64,000 bases of DNA from assembly GCA_051313645.2 (NCBI GenBank), contig JBNRSN020000004.1:300948001-301012000 (forward strand). Reading direction: 5' to 3'. The translations under genes and the position numbers were made by a program. Numbering within the stretch: the stretch's first letter is position 1; every line of letters starts with the position of its first letter. Positions 12,746 through 25,940 of this stretch are shown here, in pieces. Origin of the DNA: Centroscyllium fabricii (taxonomy: Eukaryota). The notes under the pieces were generated by a model. It had not been told where the DNA came from, ran no database searches, and saw only the letters and a list, made by a program, of their open reading frames with translations.

Positions 12746-12866
12746 TAACCTGGGAGGTGGGAAATCCTTTTTAGCTGAGAGGCAGCTAACCCGGGCGGCG
12801 GGAAATCCTTTTAAGCCGAGAGGCGGCTAACCCGGGAGGCGGGAAATCCTTTTAAGCTGAGAGGCA
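12746..12866 (+). repeat. About 41-bp tandem repeat x3 in the ERV leader
   Basis: taacccgggaggcgggaaatccttttaagctgagaggc repeated three times. Confidence 0.85.
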
Positions 12867-13460
12867 CGAATCCTCAGTAAACGAATGAATGATTGTACAA
12901 TCGTGAGAGAATGAAATAACTCAATAGTCACAAGGAGGTTAAAACTAAAAACCTCGTGACTAAAGGGTTGGTGTGTGTGTTTAATGAAATGGAGTGATTG
13001 ACAGGAAGTAAGAGACTAACTAAGTTAACTCTGTGGTGGTGAACAATGCAGTGTACAAACCTGATTTACCAACAACGTGAACTAAGTATTAACATAACAG
13101 TTGGATATGGCTAAAAAGAAATAGAAGAATAATCCTGGGGAGAAATCGGGGGGGACCTGGGTTCTGTAACACGATATGTCTTTGATAAGAAGAAAAGGTT
13201 AATAGAGAAAATTAAAAAGAAAGGGTGGGATCCCGAAGACAGTGCAGAGAGTCAAAGGGCTAGGTGGAGGTGACAAACCAAAGATAAAGAGGGAAAAGAG
13301 GGAATGGTAATCTTAACTTGTTACCAGAAACAATGTAAGGAATTGAAACAGAAGGAAGAGATAAAGAAGGAAAAAGATCTAATTTGCAGGCTAACCAATT
13401 TGAAAACTCAACAAGGAAAAAAAAACAGATTTGGAAAGCCAAGCAAAGGTGCTGAGTCAC

Positions 13461-13735
13461 TGTAATGAAATCTGTTGTCTGTATGTATTGGTTGGCACTC
13501 ATGTATATTACCCTCCCCCACTGTGTATAGTTTCACTTCCTGTTTCCTGACTGAACCTGGGAGATTCCAGGAATTGGCTTTGGCTCCGCCCCTGGCTCAT
13601 CTTACATAGAGATCCAGGATCTGTGTGGCTCATTCCTGTGAGACAGCTGTCAAGATGTGAGCTCTGATTCTTAGTGATTAAAAGCCTTTCTGTTTAAGTT
13701 TAACTTCTAGTTTTGTAGTTATTGAAGGCACGTCA
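13461..13735 (+). mobile_element. Solo LTR inserted in the ERV gag region
   Basis: TGTAAT...CGTCA termini, 5-bp TSD GTCAC, ATTAAA near 13677. Confidence 0.8.
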
Positions 13736-13916
13736 GTCACCGATTTAAAAAAAAATGAAAGCTTCACCAACATGGAAGTTATTAACATCCGTGCTGAGGC
13801 AAATAAAATACAAGATTTGCTGAGTGAAATGAACCTTAAAAAGATGCTGGAATTCTAGTTTGTGTGAAAGTGTGAGTTAGTGTGAAAATTTTCCTAACTA
13901 TGGAGGTTTAAGAAGT

Positions 13917-16900
13917 TACATAAGAACATAAGAAATAGGAGCAGGAGTAGGCCAATTGGCCCCTCGAGCCTGCTCTGCCATTCAACAAGATCATGGCTGA
14001 TCTGATCCTACCTCAATTTTACTTTTACTCTCGATCCTGCCAAGCTCATGTGATCACCCGGAAGAGGCGAAAAACCAGTTAAAAAACCCAGTGGCCAATT
14101 TGGGAGAAAAAATCTGGGAAATTCCTCTCCGACCCATCTAGGCGATCGAAAACTGGTCCAGGAGATCATATGACTGATCTGAAACTAGCCGCACGTCCAC
14201 TTACCTGCCCGCTCACCATAACCTCTAATTCCCTTTACTTCCAGGAAACTGTCTATCTCTGTTTTAAATTTATTCAATGTAGTAGCTTCCACAGCTCTCT
14301 GGGGCAGCAAATTCTACAGCCCCACCACTCTCTGAGTGAAGAAGTTTCTCCTCATCTCAGTTTTGAAATGGCAGCCCATTATTTTAAGATTATGCCCCCT
14401 AGTCCTAGTTTCACCCACCATTGGGAACATCCTCACCACATCCACCCGATCAAGCCCTCTCACAATCTTATATGTTTCAATAAGATTGCCTCTCATTCTT
14501 CTGAACTCCAATGAGTAGAGGCCCAATCTACTCAACCTCTCGTCATATGTCAGCCCCCTCATCCCCGGAATTAACCTAGTGAACCTTCTTTGCACTGCCT
14601 CGAGAGCAAGTATGTCCTTTCTTAAATATGGATACCAGAACTGCACGCAGTACTCCAGGTGTAGGCTCACCAATACCCCGTACAACTGCAACAAGACCTC
14701 CCTGCTTTTATACTCCATCCCCTTAGCAATAAAAGCCAACATTCCATTGGCCTTCCTGACCGCCTGCTGCACCTGCATACTAACTTTTTGTGTTTCCTGC
14801 ACCAGGACCCCCAGATCCCTTTGCACTGAAGTACTTTCCAGTTTCTTTCCATTTAGACAATAACTCGCTCTATTATTTTTCCTGCCAAAGTGCATAACTT
14901 CATATTTCCAGTATTATATTCCATCTGCCAAATCTCTGCCCACTCACTTAGCCTATCTATGTCCTTTTGCAGGTTTTTAATGTCCTCCTCACTCATCACA
15001 CTCCCTCCCATCTTTGTGTCATCCGCAAACTTTGATATGTTGCACTTGGTCCCTTCCTCCAAATCATTAATATAGATTGTAAAGAGTTGGGGTCCCAGCA
15101 CCGACCCTTGCGGAACACCACTAGTCACTGATTGCCAGTCTGAGAACGAACCATTTATCCCAACTCTCTGTTTTCTGTTAGAAAGCCAATCCTCCACCCA
15201 TGCCAGAATATTACCCCCATCCCGTGATTTTTTATCTTGAGTAATAATCTTTTGTGTGGCACCTTGTCAAATGTCTTTTGGAAATCTAAATACACTACAT
15301 CCACTGGTTCCCCCTTATCCACCCTGTATGTTATGTCCTCAAAGAACTCTAGCAAATTTGTCAAACATGACTTCCCCTTTGTAAAACCATGCTGACTTTA
15401 TCCTATTAAATTATGTTTATCCAAATGCCCTGTTACTGTTTCCTTAATAATGGACTCTAACATTTTGCCAACCACAGATGTTAGGCTAACTGATCAATAA
15501 ATCCAGCCTTCTGTCTACAACCCATTTTAAATAAAGGTGTTACATTAGCAGTTTTCCAATCTGCCGGGACCTTTACCGAGTCCAGAGAGTTTTGAAAAAT
15601 TATTACCAATGCATCCACAATCCCTACCGCCACTTCCCTCAAGACCCTAGGATGTAAGCCATCAGGTCCAGGGGCGGCATGGTGGCACAGTGGTTAGCAT
15701 TGTTGTCTCACAGCACTGGAGACCCGGGTTCAAATCCAGCCTCGGGTACTATCTGTGTGGAGTTTGCACATTCTCCCCGTGTCTGCGTGGGTTTCCTCCG
15801 GGTGCTCCGGTTTCCTCCCACAGTCCAAAGATGTGCTGGTTAGGTTGATTGGCCATGATAAATTGACCCTTAGTGTTAGGGGGATTGAATGTGTGGGGTT
15901 GCGGGGATGGGGTGGGATGTGTGTCGGTGCAGGCTCGATAGGGATCGAGGGATATGGGGAGAAGGCAGGGACAGGGTGCTGAATTTGGATGATCAGCCAT
16001 GATCTCATTGAATGGCGGAGCAGGCTCGAAGGGCCGAATGGCCTACTCCTGCTCCTATCTTCTATGTTTCTATGATTTATCAGCCTTAAGTCCCATTATT
16101 TTACCGAGTACCACTTCCTTAGTGACTTTAATCCTAATTAGCTCCTTCCGCCCAGAGACCCCTCTTTATCCAGTGTTGGGATATTTTGTGTGTCCTCTAC
16201 TGTAAAGACTGATACAATATATTTGTTCAGCGTTTTTGCCATCTCCATGTTCCCTACCATTAATTTCCCGGTCTCATCCTCTAAGGGACCAACATTTACT
16301 TTAGCCACCCTTTTTCTGTTTATGTAACTATAGAAACTCTTGCTATCTGTTTTTATATTTTTTGCTAATTTACTTTCATAATCTATCTTCCCTTTCTTAA
16401 TCAATCTTTTTGTTATTTTTTGCTGACTTTTAAAAGCTTCCCAATCTTCTATCTTCCCACTAGATTTGGCTACCTTATATAACCCTGTTTTTAGTTGGAT
16501 ACTCTCCTTTATTACTTTACTTAGCCACGGATAGCTGTTTTTTCTTTTACACCCTTTTTTCTTCAGTGGAATATATTTTTCTTGAAAGTTGTAAAATAAC
16601 TCCTTGAATACACGCCACTGATCATGTACCGTCTTACCCTTTAATCTGTTTTCCCAGTCCACCTTAATCAATTCTGCTCTCATGCCATCACAGTCTCCTT
16701 TATTTAAGCTCAGTACGCTTGTTTGAGATCCAACCCTCTCATCCTCTAATTGAATTTGGAATTCGACCATGTTATGGTCACTCATTCCAAGGGGATCCTT
16801 TACTAGGACATTTTTTATTAATCCTGTCTCATTACACAGGACCAGATCCAAGATTGCTTGCCCCCTGGTCGGCTCAGTTACGTACTGTTCAAGGAACCCA

Positions 16901-18870
16901 TCCCTAATACACTCAATGAACTCAAGGCTGCCCTGTCCAACTTGATTGGTCCAGTCAATATGAAAGTTAAAATCCCCCATAATTATAGCTGTTCCCTTAT
17001 TACAAGCCCCAACTATTTCCTGATTTATACTCCGACCAACTGAGTTACAACTGTTAGGAGGCCTATAGACTATGCCCACTAGTGTCTTTTTCCCTTTATT
17101 ATTTCTTATTTCCACCCAAACTGTTTCACTGTCCTGATCCTTTGAGCCAATATCATTTCACTGTATTGTAGTAATTCCTTGCCTTATTAACATAGCCACC
17201 CCACCTCCCTTTCCTTCCTGCCTGTCCCTCCTAATTGTTAAATACCCTTGTATATTTAATTCCCAGTCCTGGTCACCTTGCAACCATGTTTCTATAATTG
17301 CCACAAGATCATACCCATATGTAATTATTTGTGCCATCAACTCGTCTATTTTGTTACGAATACTACGTGCATTCAAATAAAGGACTTTCAAATATGTTTG
17401 ACATTTAATTCCTGCTTTTTCCCTTTTTACAACTTTACCTTTATCTCCATACATTCTTTCCCTTCCTGACACACTCTGTCTTTTAATTCTCCCATTGTTA
17501 CCTATGTCCATTACCTTCTCCATTGTCATTTTTATTATTGGCTCTCTAGAAACCTTCCCCCCACTAATTAGTTTAAAGCCCTTTCTACAGCCCTAGTTAT
17601 ATGATTTGCCAGGCCACTGGTCCCAGCCCAGTTCAGGTGACGCCTGTCCCGCCAGAACAGTTCTCTCCTGTCCCAGTACTGGTGCCAGTGTCCCAAGAAG
17701 CAAAACCCACTTCTCCCACACCAGTCTTTCAGCCACGCATTTAACTCCCTAATTTTATTTACCCTAGCCAAATTCGCTCGTGGCTCAGGTAATAATCCAG
17801 ATTATTACCCTTGAGGTTCTGTTTTTTAGTTTGACCCCTAGCTGCTCATACTCCTGTAAAAGAACCTTCTTCCTTGTCTTATCTATGTCGTTGGTACCAA
17901 CATGTACCAGGACAACTGGATCCTCCCCCTCCCACTGCAAGTTTCTCTCCAGCCCAGAAGAGATGTCCTTAACCCTGGCACCGGGCAGGCAACACAGCCT
18001 TCGGGCCTCCCGCTCTCGGTTGCAGAGAACCCTATCTATCCCCTTGATGATACTGTCCCCTACCACTGCAACATTTCTATTAACTCCCCCCTCTGGAATG
18101 GTCCCCCGTTCCACAGTGCTGTGGCCAGGTTGCTCATCCTCCCCACAGTCCCCACTCCCGCCCTCACAGGGAGTAAGAGCCTCGAACCTGTTGGACAAGA
18201 GCAAGGTTGGCGGCTCCTCCAACACTACCTCCTGGATTCCCGTACCTGCCTCACTCATAGTCACACCATCCTGTCCCTGACCACGATCTACATTTAAATT
18301 AATTAATCTATTTGGTGTGGCTATCTCCTGTAATACAAAGTCCAGGTAACTCTCCCCCTCCCTGATGTGTCGCAGTGTCTGAAGCTCGGACTGCAGCTCA
18401 TCAACATGAAGCCGGAGTTCCTCGAGCAACAAACACTTGCCGCAAATGTAGTCACCGCGTGCATCAATGGTGTCCACGAGCTCCCACATCTCGCAGCAGT
18501 AACACATCACCTGCTCACCCATGCTATATAATTAATTAAAAGTTATTATTAGTTACGCAAAACCCTTTGCCCCGATATAGCTGAATATCACGCTATTTAA
18601 TAGCACTTTCCACTTAAAAGGTATAAAGTGTAAAAGGGAAGCAAGAGTACTTACCAACCAGCTGATTACCAACATCCTTAGGATTGCCCCGCCACTCCTC
18701 CTTGGTAGTGGTGGCTACACCTAAGATGGGGAACAGAAACAAAACAGAGAAGCACCCCCTCACCTCCCACTTGACTGCACTCTCCCACTTACCAAACTTT
18801 CGCTTGCACTCTATGCCCACCGCACTCTGTGCACGCTGCACTAAGTCCCGCCCCTTTTTAAAGCCGGATT
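13917..18870 (-). mobile_element. CR1 LINE (near full length, decayed) inserted antisense in the ERV
   Basis: ORF1 17568-18522 (CYCC...CGKC, VVGDS, HVGTND); ORF2 fragments 14314-17529; tail (CTTATGTT)n reverse-complemented at about 13920. Confidence 0.92.
15672..16075 (+). mobile_element. tRNA-derived V-SINE (HE1-like) with CR1-type 3' tail
   Basis: A box TGGCACAGTGG, B box GGTTCAAATCC, V-domain tgtgtggagtttgcacattctccccgtgtctgcgtgggtttcc, CR1 tail. Confidence 0.9.
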
Positions 18871-19809
18871 TAACTTCCAGTTTTCTTCAAACTACTTTTA
18901 CTTAATAAATTTAATTTATTTTTAACTTAAACTCTCTTAAAAAAAAATATATATATATATATACTTCACAAACCTTTTACAGATTCAACATTTTCTGACC
19001 TCACTCCCAGCTCACAATATTCTTTTATCTGAAAGTCTGTCCTTAAAAAAAGAAAGAAAATCTGTTGTGTGTCTTAGCTCCACCCACTTCACTGTGTTAA
19101 AAAAGCATTTAACCCTTTTATCTTGTCTTGGATTTTGGAAGTTTTAAGAATGTGCGAATAAGATTGTGCCCCAGAATGAAAAAACCTTGAACTACAATTT
19201 AAGTTAAGCTGGTGTGTAAAAACTGAGAAGAACAAAAAAGTTTGTTTAACAAAAGATTAAGTTTCAGTCTAATATTTAACCTTGGAGCAGTTGCTATGGT
19301 GAAATCTTCCAAAGCAGTTTGATTTGATTTGCTTAAATGTGAAAAACAAATTTTTCTCCAGTTATATTCAATGTTTTTATAGTATTTTGGAAAGACTTCT
19401 GAAGAAAGGACAATAAGGAATATGACATCATTTACTGTTTCCTGCAAGAATGTGCTATTTTGTTTTGTTTTGTCTGTTTGTTATTTTACAAAGATGAGCT
19501 TCAGCCTTGAAGTTACAGTTGCCTATGTGCTAGGAAGAAAATGAATTTGAACAAGGCATGAGTGATTGCTTGTTTGTTAATGAGGCTTCTCTCTTTATTT
19601 TCCAAGTGATACTAGTTAGTTTAAAAACATTGATCTGGATTAATTTGGAGCTATGAGGTTAATTAACCTAGTAAAACCAGACTTTCATTGTGGCCACAGT
19701 GAGATTCTGGTTGGTGTAAATTTGTGTAGACTGCATTGAATAAGATAACCCCGCCCCGCAGAACATCCGATAGTGGCAGGTCCCTTTACAATATTTAATT
19801 GACTACACT

Positions 19810-22383
19810 ACTGGGAGCCCAACAGAATGTGGGACTAAAGGTAAACCCTAGAAAGTACAGGTAGGAAAGGATGAAGTAATCTACCTAGGATTGATAATAA
19901 CACAAGGGAAGAGACAAATGCCCGAAGACAGATGGGAGGGGCACTAGGACAAAAAGGAGCAGCACACAACCACTGGCTGCATGCTTTGATTTCTCACAGT
20001 CCCAAGCAGCTAGAAATAGCAGCAGGAAGGGACCGCGCCAGAGAGGGGAGGGGTTCAGGCAGGTACTAATGTTTTGCTCCACCTTCTCAAAGCCTGCAGA
20101 GGAGTTCACCAAGCAACAACTTTAGTATGAAATTTAAAGATATTGGACATTATTAAATTTAAGTTTCTTAATTTTAAGTTAATATTTCCCCACAGTGACA
20201 GAGGAAAATTATGATTTGATAAATTAACCCCTTGGGCTCTAAGCAGAGTCACAATGGATTATCTTCTTTCTTTTGTTATATGGAAGTTATCTTGTAAACT
20301 AATTGCAGCACCATCTCAAATGGCCAGAAGGCTGCTTGGGAGGCTAGCCTGTTACCCAGAGATCAATCTATACAGATAGTTAAGAGATATGGGGCAGAAC
20401 CCAGCCTCCATGATGATCATGGAAGGGGAGGACCACCAATGTATGAATGAGGAAGAGTCAGAAAATGACCTAGATAAAATAAAAGAAATACCCCTGGCCA
20501 AAGCGGATCTGGAGTTATATGTAGATGGATCCTGAAAATATGTACAGGGAAAGCCGAGGACAGGCTGTGCAGTGGTGACTGGGGATGGAATGGTGCTATA
20601 AGCTGAAACCCTCCACAGGGATAAATCCACTCAAGTAGCAGAATTGACAGCCCTGATGGAAGCCCTGATGATGGCTGCGGGAAAAAGGGCCAATATCTAT
20701 ACGGACAGCCGCTATGCCTTCGGAATAGTGCACGATTACATGACCCACTGGAGCAGGAGGGGATATATCACCTCATGGGTGACGTATCGTCAATGAGGAT
20801 AAAAGACGAAGAGTTACCTTAACTAAAGGCTTTTATTAGCTATAGAATGGAGCGTGTCTCAGCTGAGCTCGGGTCTGTACTGACCGGGGGATGGTAGGCA
20901 ATTACCTATATACCTGGACTCAGGGGAGGAGTCAGAGGTGGGTCAGCTGAGGCAGGCTCCTGTATACAGATATCTACATATGTACAGTGGTGCATTATGG
21001 TACCCTTACAGTGGTACAATACAGTGGTGAACTACAGGTTTACCACAATGGGGAACTCCCATACAACATTTAAACATAGTAAAATCATTGGTGGAAGCCG
21101 CGCGGGGGCCAACAGAGGTTACCGTAGTAAAGGTCAAAGTGCACACCAAGGGAAAGACTCAAGAACAAGGTAATAGGGCAGCAGATTTAACCGCCAAAGC
21201 CACGACTGAAGTGCCATGCACCAGCGCAAAAACAATAGGAGGAACCCCCATACCCCTTGCGCCCATTGAGTATAATACTGTCAAACTGCATCAAGAAATA
21301 CCAGTAGCAGAGTTAAAAATCTGGCAGAAAAAGGAAGGGGCACGGTCGAGGGATGGGGTATGGAGAAAGGAAGGCTGGGTATGTGCACCCAGCTGTATTC
21401 AACAAGAACTAATGAGATTGTACCACGGGCGGCCTCACACCGGGGCCAGCCGAATGACATATAACTTGGGCTGATGTTGGTGGTGGCCCAGACTATCAAA
21501 TAGTGTGAGGAAGTACTGCAAGGATTGCCACATTTGCGTGCAATGCAATACTGGGAAGCCGGTAAAGGTAAAGTGGGGTAGACAGCCAAGAACACAGGGA
21601 CCCTGGGAGAAAATACAAATTGACGTCACGGGGACCCAAAGGAAAAATGTATTGCTTGGTGGTAATTGACCAGTTCATTCGGTGGGTGGAGGCTTTCACC
21701 ACCCGAAACTGTACCACGGGTACAGTAGCCCGGATCATGGCAGAAGAAATAATACCCAGGTGGGGAGTCCCCTTACAAACAGACTAATAACAGGACACAC
21801 TTTACGAGGAAGGTAATGAAGGAAGCGTGTGCCCTGCTAGGGGTAAAACAAAGGTTCCACATCATCTGGAGGGTTCGGGCATGGTAGAGAGGATGAACTG
21901 GACACTAAAACGATCCCTCACCAAAGCAATCAAAGAAACAGGACAAGGCTGGGCAGAGTTGTTACTCACGATTCTGATGAGGCTGAGAGCCACACCAAAT
22001 AGGACAACCGGACTAACCCCTTTTGAGTTAATGACGAGATGGGCCATGGCATCCCTGAAGGAATAGCCACAGGAGGGGAGGACGAAGAGCCTTTAAAAGA
22101 CAGGATTGGTAGGTTTGTGAAACAATTATGTACAGAGCTACATGGGTTAAAGCAGGAAGCCAGAGACCAGCAAATAATCAGGGACTTGGAAAAAGACACA
22201 GAGGAACAAAGGAAAGCTATATCTGGGGTGGGAAGCCAGGTAATGTCCAGAATCCTACCCGTCAAACCGGGACTACGGCCCCAGTGGGAAGGACCATATG
22301 ACCAGTGATACCTGTGCGTGTGTAGACATACACGGCACAGGAAAAGGAAGGTGGAAACACTAGACACAGCTGAAATTATGTAA
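19810..22383 (+). pseudogene. pol: ERV pol remnants: RT thumb, RNase H, integrase
   Basis: Manual translation gives GLKVNP..EVIYLG, ELYVDGS, AELTAL, IYTDSRYAFG, GNRAAD, the HHCC zinc finger, SGMVERMN, GLTPFELM and GPY; many stops and frameshifts. Confidence 0.88.
20780..21047 (-). mobile_element. Solo LTR (antisense) inside ERV RNase H
   Basis: TG...CA termini, 5-bp TSD ATGGG, minus-strand AATAAA and TATATA. Confidence 0.82.
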
Positions 22384-22391
22384 GGATTCCA

Positions 22392-22538
22392 ATGAGTAGC
22401 CCTGAAATCATACCTTACACGGAGAGCGAGGATTACTGGCACAGGGTCCAACAGGAAAGGGCTAACTTCGTGCTCACGCTAATAACATCATCCTGCATGA
22501 TGCTAGTAGTATTTTTCGTAGTTTGTATATTTAAATAA
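22392..22538 (+). CDS. Small single-pass membrane ORF between pol and env (candidate accessory gene)
   Basis: ATG...TAA, 48 aa MSSPEIIPYTESEDYWHRVQQERANFVLTLITSSCMMLVVFFVVCIFK with a hydrophobic C-terminal half. Confidence 0.4.
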   Translation: MSSPEIIPYTESEDYWHRVQQERANFVLTLITSSCMMLVVFFVVCIFK

Positions 22539-22853
22539 ATATGTGAAAGTAGCCAGGAGAGAAGGGGCATGCACCCACTAGTGAACCAACCAAGAGAAAT
22601 GAGCGAATTAGTAAGGATAAATTGAAAACTAGAATAAGTATGTATTTGTATAATCTGAATGACTGTGGGACGAATGTGTACACATCAGAAAATATGGTGC
22701 GATAGAATGAGGGCACGGGTGACACAGGGCCCGAAATGATAGAAGTAGTAAGATTGGAATAATTAATCGCTGGTGATGACCAGCCTTGTATTTCCACAGA
22801 ACATACCAGAGGAAGAACCGAACAACGAAAACAGCCGACAGGCAACAAACAGA

Positions 22854-23596
22854 ATGATTAAGTATTTGTTTTTATGTGGCCTTTTAGGCCTAAGTGCGCC
22901 CGATAATATGGAAGGAAAACCCAAAACGACAGGGAATAGTTACCTGTACATGTCATGGAAGTACGCCAGTCAGCGAAATCTCTCACGCTGTTGGGTTTGC
23001 GCCAGGGTCCCAACACACTCGAGGGGAGGAATCTCCATGATGGCAGACAAAGGATACGAGTACCCCGAGATAGTCGAATGGTTGGTAAGAGAGAATGCCA
23101 GCCATGGTAACTATTCATGGGTAAACAACATGTGGATGAGGATGTGGAGGTCAGCCAGATACTCGCTGAACAAATTTAAGGGCTGGTACCTGACTACCTT
23201 CGATGCAACCAGGTCACCTCCCTCGTTGACACTGATGGGAGAGCACCGGGGTATATGGGGTCTTAACAAAACCAGGAACAAGGGACAGTCAATGGGGTGT
23301 AGCACCTATGATAACTTTATTGAAGTAGAGGCAGATTTAATAATCAAAAATGGTGTAGTCGTTCCATCAGGGGTCAGGATGGTTGGGGGCGTTGGGCGCC
23401 TCAGTGATACAAGGCATAATGATATTTTTCGTGATTGTTGTTACAATATACTGTGTATGATTGCTGCTCAAGTGCCTCTGTACCAGAATAAGTAAAGCCA
23501 ACATTGGTGCCGTGACAGAAGCTGAAACTAAAGGAAGAGAGGTTGAGATGTTAAATATGGGAAACTCCTCTACCTCTCCAAGGCAAATGGTGTAGG
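22854..23596 (+). pseudogene. env: ERV env remnant: signal peptide and CWVC-type SU start fused by deletion to the TM anchor and cytoplasmic tail
   Basis: MIKYLFLCGLLGL signal-like segment, NLSRCWVC motif; after about 23378 another frame gives GWLGALGASVIQGIMIFFVIVVTIYCV. Confidence 0.8.
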
Positions 23597-24003
23597 ACTT
23601 GATCTAAAGCCCCAAAATTGCAAGGGATTAATTGGATATGGTAATTAATGACCCGGCCAGCCGGCCGTAAGACGGGTGGCAGAATAAGGAGTGATGTGTG
23701 ATGATAGTCTCGAAGGGACATGTCACACATCCACCGAGGGAGTAAATGACGAGCTGGAGACGGAAGCTCAAGCCATTAATGCAGGGCCCAAGGACCCAGG
23801 GAATGGCCACATCAGAATTCAGGACAGAAAAACAGGAAGACCACCATACCGTGGAAGTCGGCCTCCAAATTGGTAGTTTAGGGACACATGTATAGCCTCA
23901 ACTGGTAAAAGACCAGGGAAGTGCACCTCTGGCAGACACCACGACATGGAAATACATGTTGACCTATATTGGAACAATTGTCCAAAAGGTCAAAAGGGGG
24001 GAC

Positions 24004-24463
24004 TGAAGTAAGATATTAAAAATTGGACATAAAGAGGGCATGGCATCAAGATTTATTTGTAGAAAAGCAGGTCTATAACGGGTGAAACCACAGAGTGTTA
24101 CAGACGGAAATCTGCTAACTGCACCTATGCTTGACTTGCAGAAATGAAACTTACAAGCTCTTACAAGTTCTGGCAGAAACAAAACTTGCATTATCTGTGT
24201 ATGAGAGGCCACCCTCAGATAGTGAATAATGTATAACTCTTTAATTTGGTTGGATCTCCGAGAAGGTATGGTAGCTCAAGTGTGTATAAACATGTGTGTT
24301 TTTGAATGGCTTGTTGGAGTTGGACTCAAGCAGCGACGTGAGCGGAACTCCCCAGGCCTGAATAAACTGTTGTGACTTCAATTATTTGGTCTGTCTTTCT
24401 TTCAACAAGCCAGTGACATCGACCTTGTATATCACTTGGTCCACACTTTGGGGGCTTACATCA
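24004..24463 (+). repeat. ERV 3' LTR preceded by polypurine tract AAAAGGGGGGAC
   Basis: Direct repeat of 12031-12529. Confidence 0.93.
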
Positions 24464-24597
24464 GTATTGAATGGTGTGGCAGGCTCGAAGGGTCATATGG
24501 CCTACTCCTGCTCCTAATTCTTATGTTCTTATTGTCCGGAATTTACTAAATTGGATGGTGCATCTACACTGAGGGTTTGTCACAGTTTTTAAACAAA

Positions 24598-25446
24598 GGG
24601 GGAAAAATTTGGTTGGTTTGCGCCTCACATTAGCGCCTTATGAGGACACTAATGCAGCACAAAGCAACTAGCGCCTGTGCGTGGCGATGTTTGCGCTGCT
24701 CACGAAATTGACAAGACATTTTTCGGTGGCGCTCAGCACTATGCCACGATCTCCTGCGCCCGCAGATCGTGACATCAGTCGAGTGTGCAACACCCCGGAC
24801 TGGATACTGAGTGGCGCCCACTGTCTTACCGCCTGCCACTAGCAATGACAGGTTGAGGGGAGCGTTTTGCAGTCGGTGATGGACTGGGGGAGCGCTATTA
24901 AAAGAAATTTTTTCACCACACATTCTGAGTGAAAGAGAGACATTTACAGGAGATATTCAAAGCTGTGTTGAGGAGTTTTGGGTACTGAGCAGCACTTTGC
25001 AGGTTCTTTTTTATTTGATCTTCCTTGCATGGATTTAGAAGACAATGGGGGCTGCACTCGGAGCTCTTTCCCTGGGTCTCTCCATTGTTCTTTCCAACAG
25101 ATTTGATGTACAGGTCTCTGCAGGCCTAGATTCAAGGCTGTAATGAGCAGGGTGTGGATGGAGAGCAAGATCGACCCTCCCCTTTAAGAACTGGCCGGTG
25201 CCAGTGTGTCTGTGTTCCATTGCTGACTGACATCACATGAGCTTCGCCAGCGCTCTGAGTTAGCGCCTCACTCCTCGGCCTTTGCGCCTTAAGACAGGTG
25301 TGCAGCGCCTGATTTAGCGCTCCAATCATCTCCAGGGGCGATAAAAGCCAAGTTTGCAGTCTGAGGCGATAATTAGCGCCAGGCGCTAAACTTTGCGCCC
25401 GCCTGATAATCGCGCCCCGAACGGGGCGATACTGAATTTCTCCCAC
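24598..25446. mobile_element. Non-autonomous TIR element (Harbinger-derived, GC-rich)
   Basis: Imperfect TIRs GGGGGAAAAATT ... GAATTTCTCCCAC with AAA flanks; internal minus MERPRERAP resembles the start of a Harbinger Myb ORF. Confidence 0.5.
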
Positions 25447-25940
25447 AAAGTGTTTCAGCCTTTGCGTGTTAAAATTGGGGACCATTGTGAATGGTCCAAA
25501 AACTGTTTTCAAATCAAATGGTTGATCCAAAAGCATTTGAGCCTTAAAAAGGTAGCAGTTATATTTGGGTTACGTACTGCAGAATTGGAACGGTGGCATA
25601 GTGGTAATGTCACTGGGCTAAATATCCAGAGGCATGAGTTCAAATCCCACTACGGGAATTTAAATTCAGTCTGTAATAAAAAGCTGACTATATAAGTGAC
25701 CAAGATCAGTGATCATGAAACTATCAGATTGTCATAAAAACCCATCTGGTTCACTAATGTCCTTTAGGAAATCTGCCATCCTTACCTGGTCTGGCCTATA
25801 TGTGACACCAGACCCACAGCAATCTGGTTGACTCTTAACTGCCCTCTGAAATGGCCTAGCAAGTCTCTCAGTTGTAACTAACTGCTACGAAACAGAATAA
25901 GAATGAAACTGGACAGACCACCCGGCATCGATTTCGGCAT

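Larger units (their letters stand above)
12031..24463 (+). mobile_element. Decayed endogenous retrovirus (LTR-PBS-gag remnant-pol-env-PPT-LTR) with 5-bp TSD GTATT
   Basis: Paired TG...CA LTRs, TSD at 12026-12030 and 24464-24468, PBS, PPT, RT/RNase H/integrase/env remnants. Confidence 0.92.

Noticed and set aside
15672-15740. tRNA-like sequences (also at 25591, 29320, 36490)
   Set aside because: SINE or LINE heads with A/B boxes, not complete tRNA genes
22773-23495. Intact or captured syncytin-like env
   Set aside because: Furin site, fusion peptide and CX6CC region are deleted, and the TM anchor is out of frame with a stop
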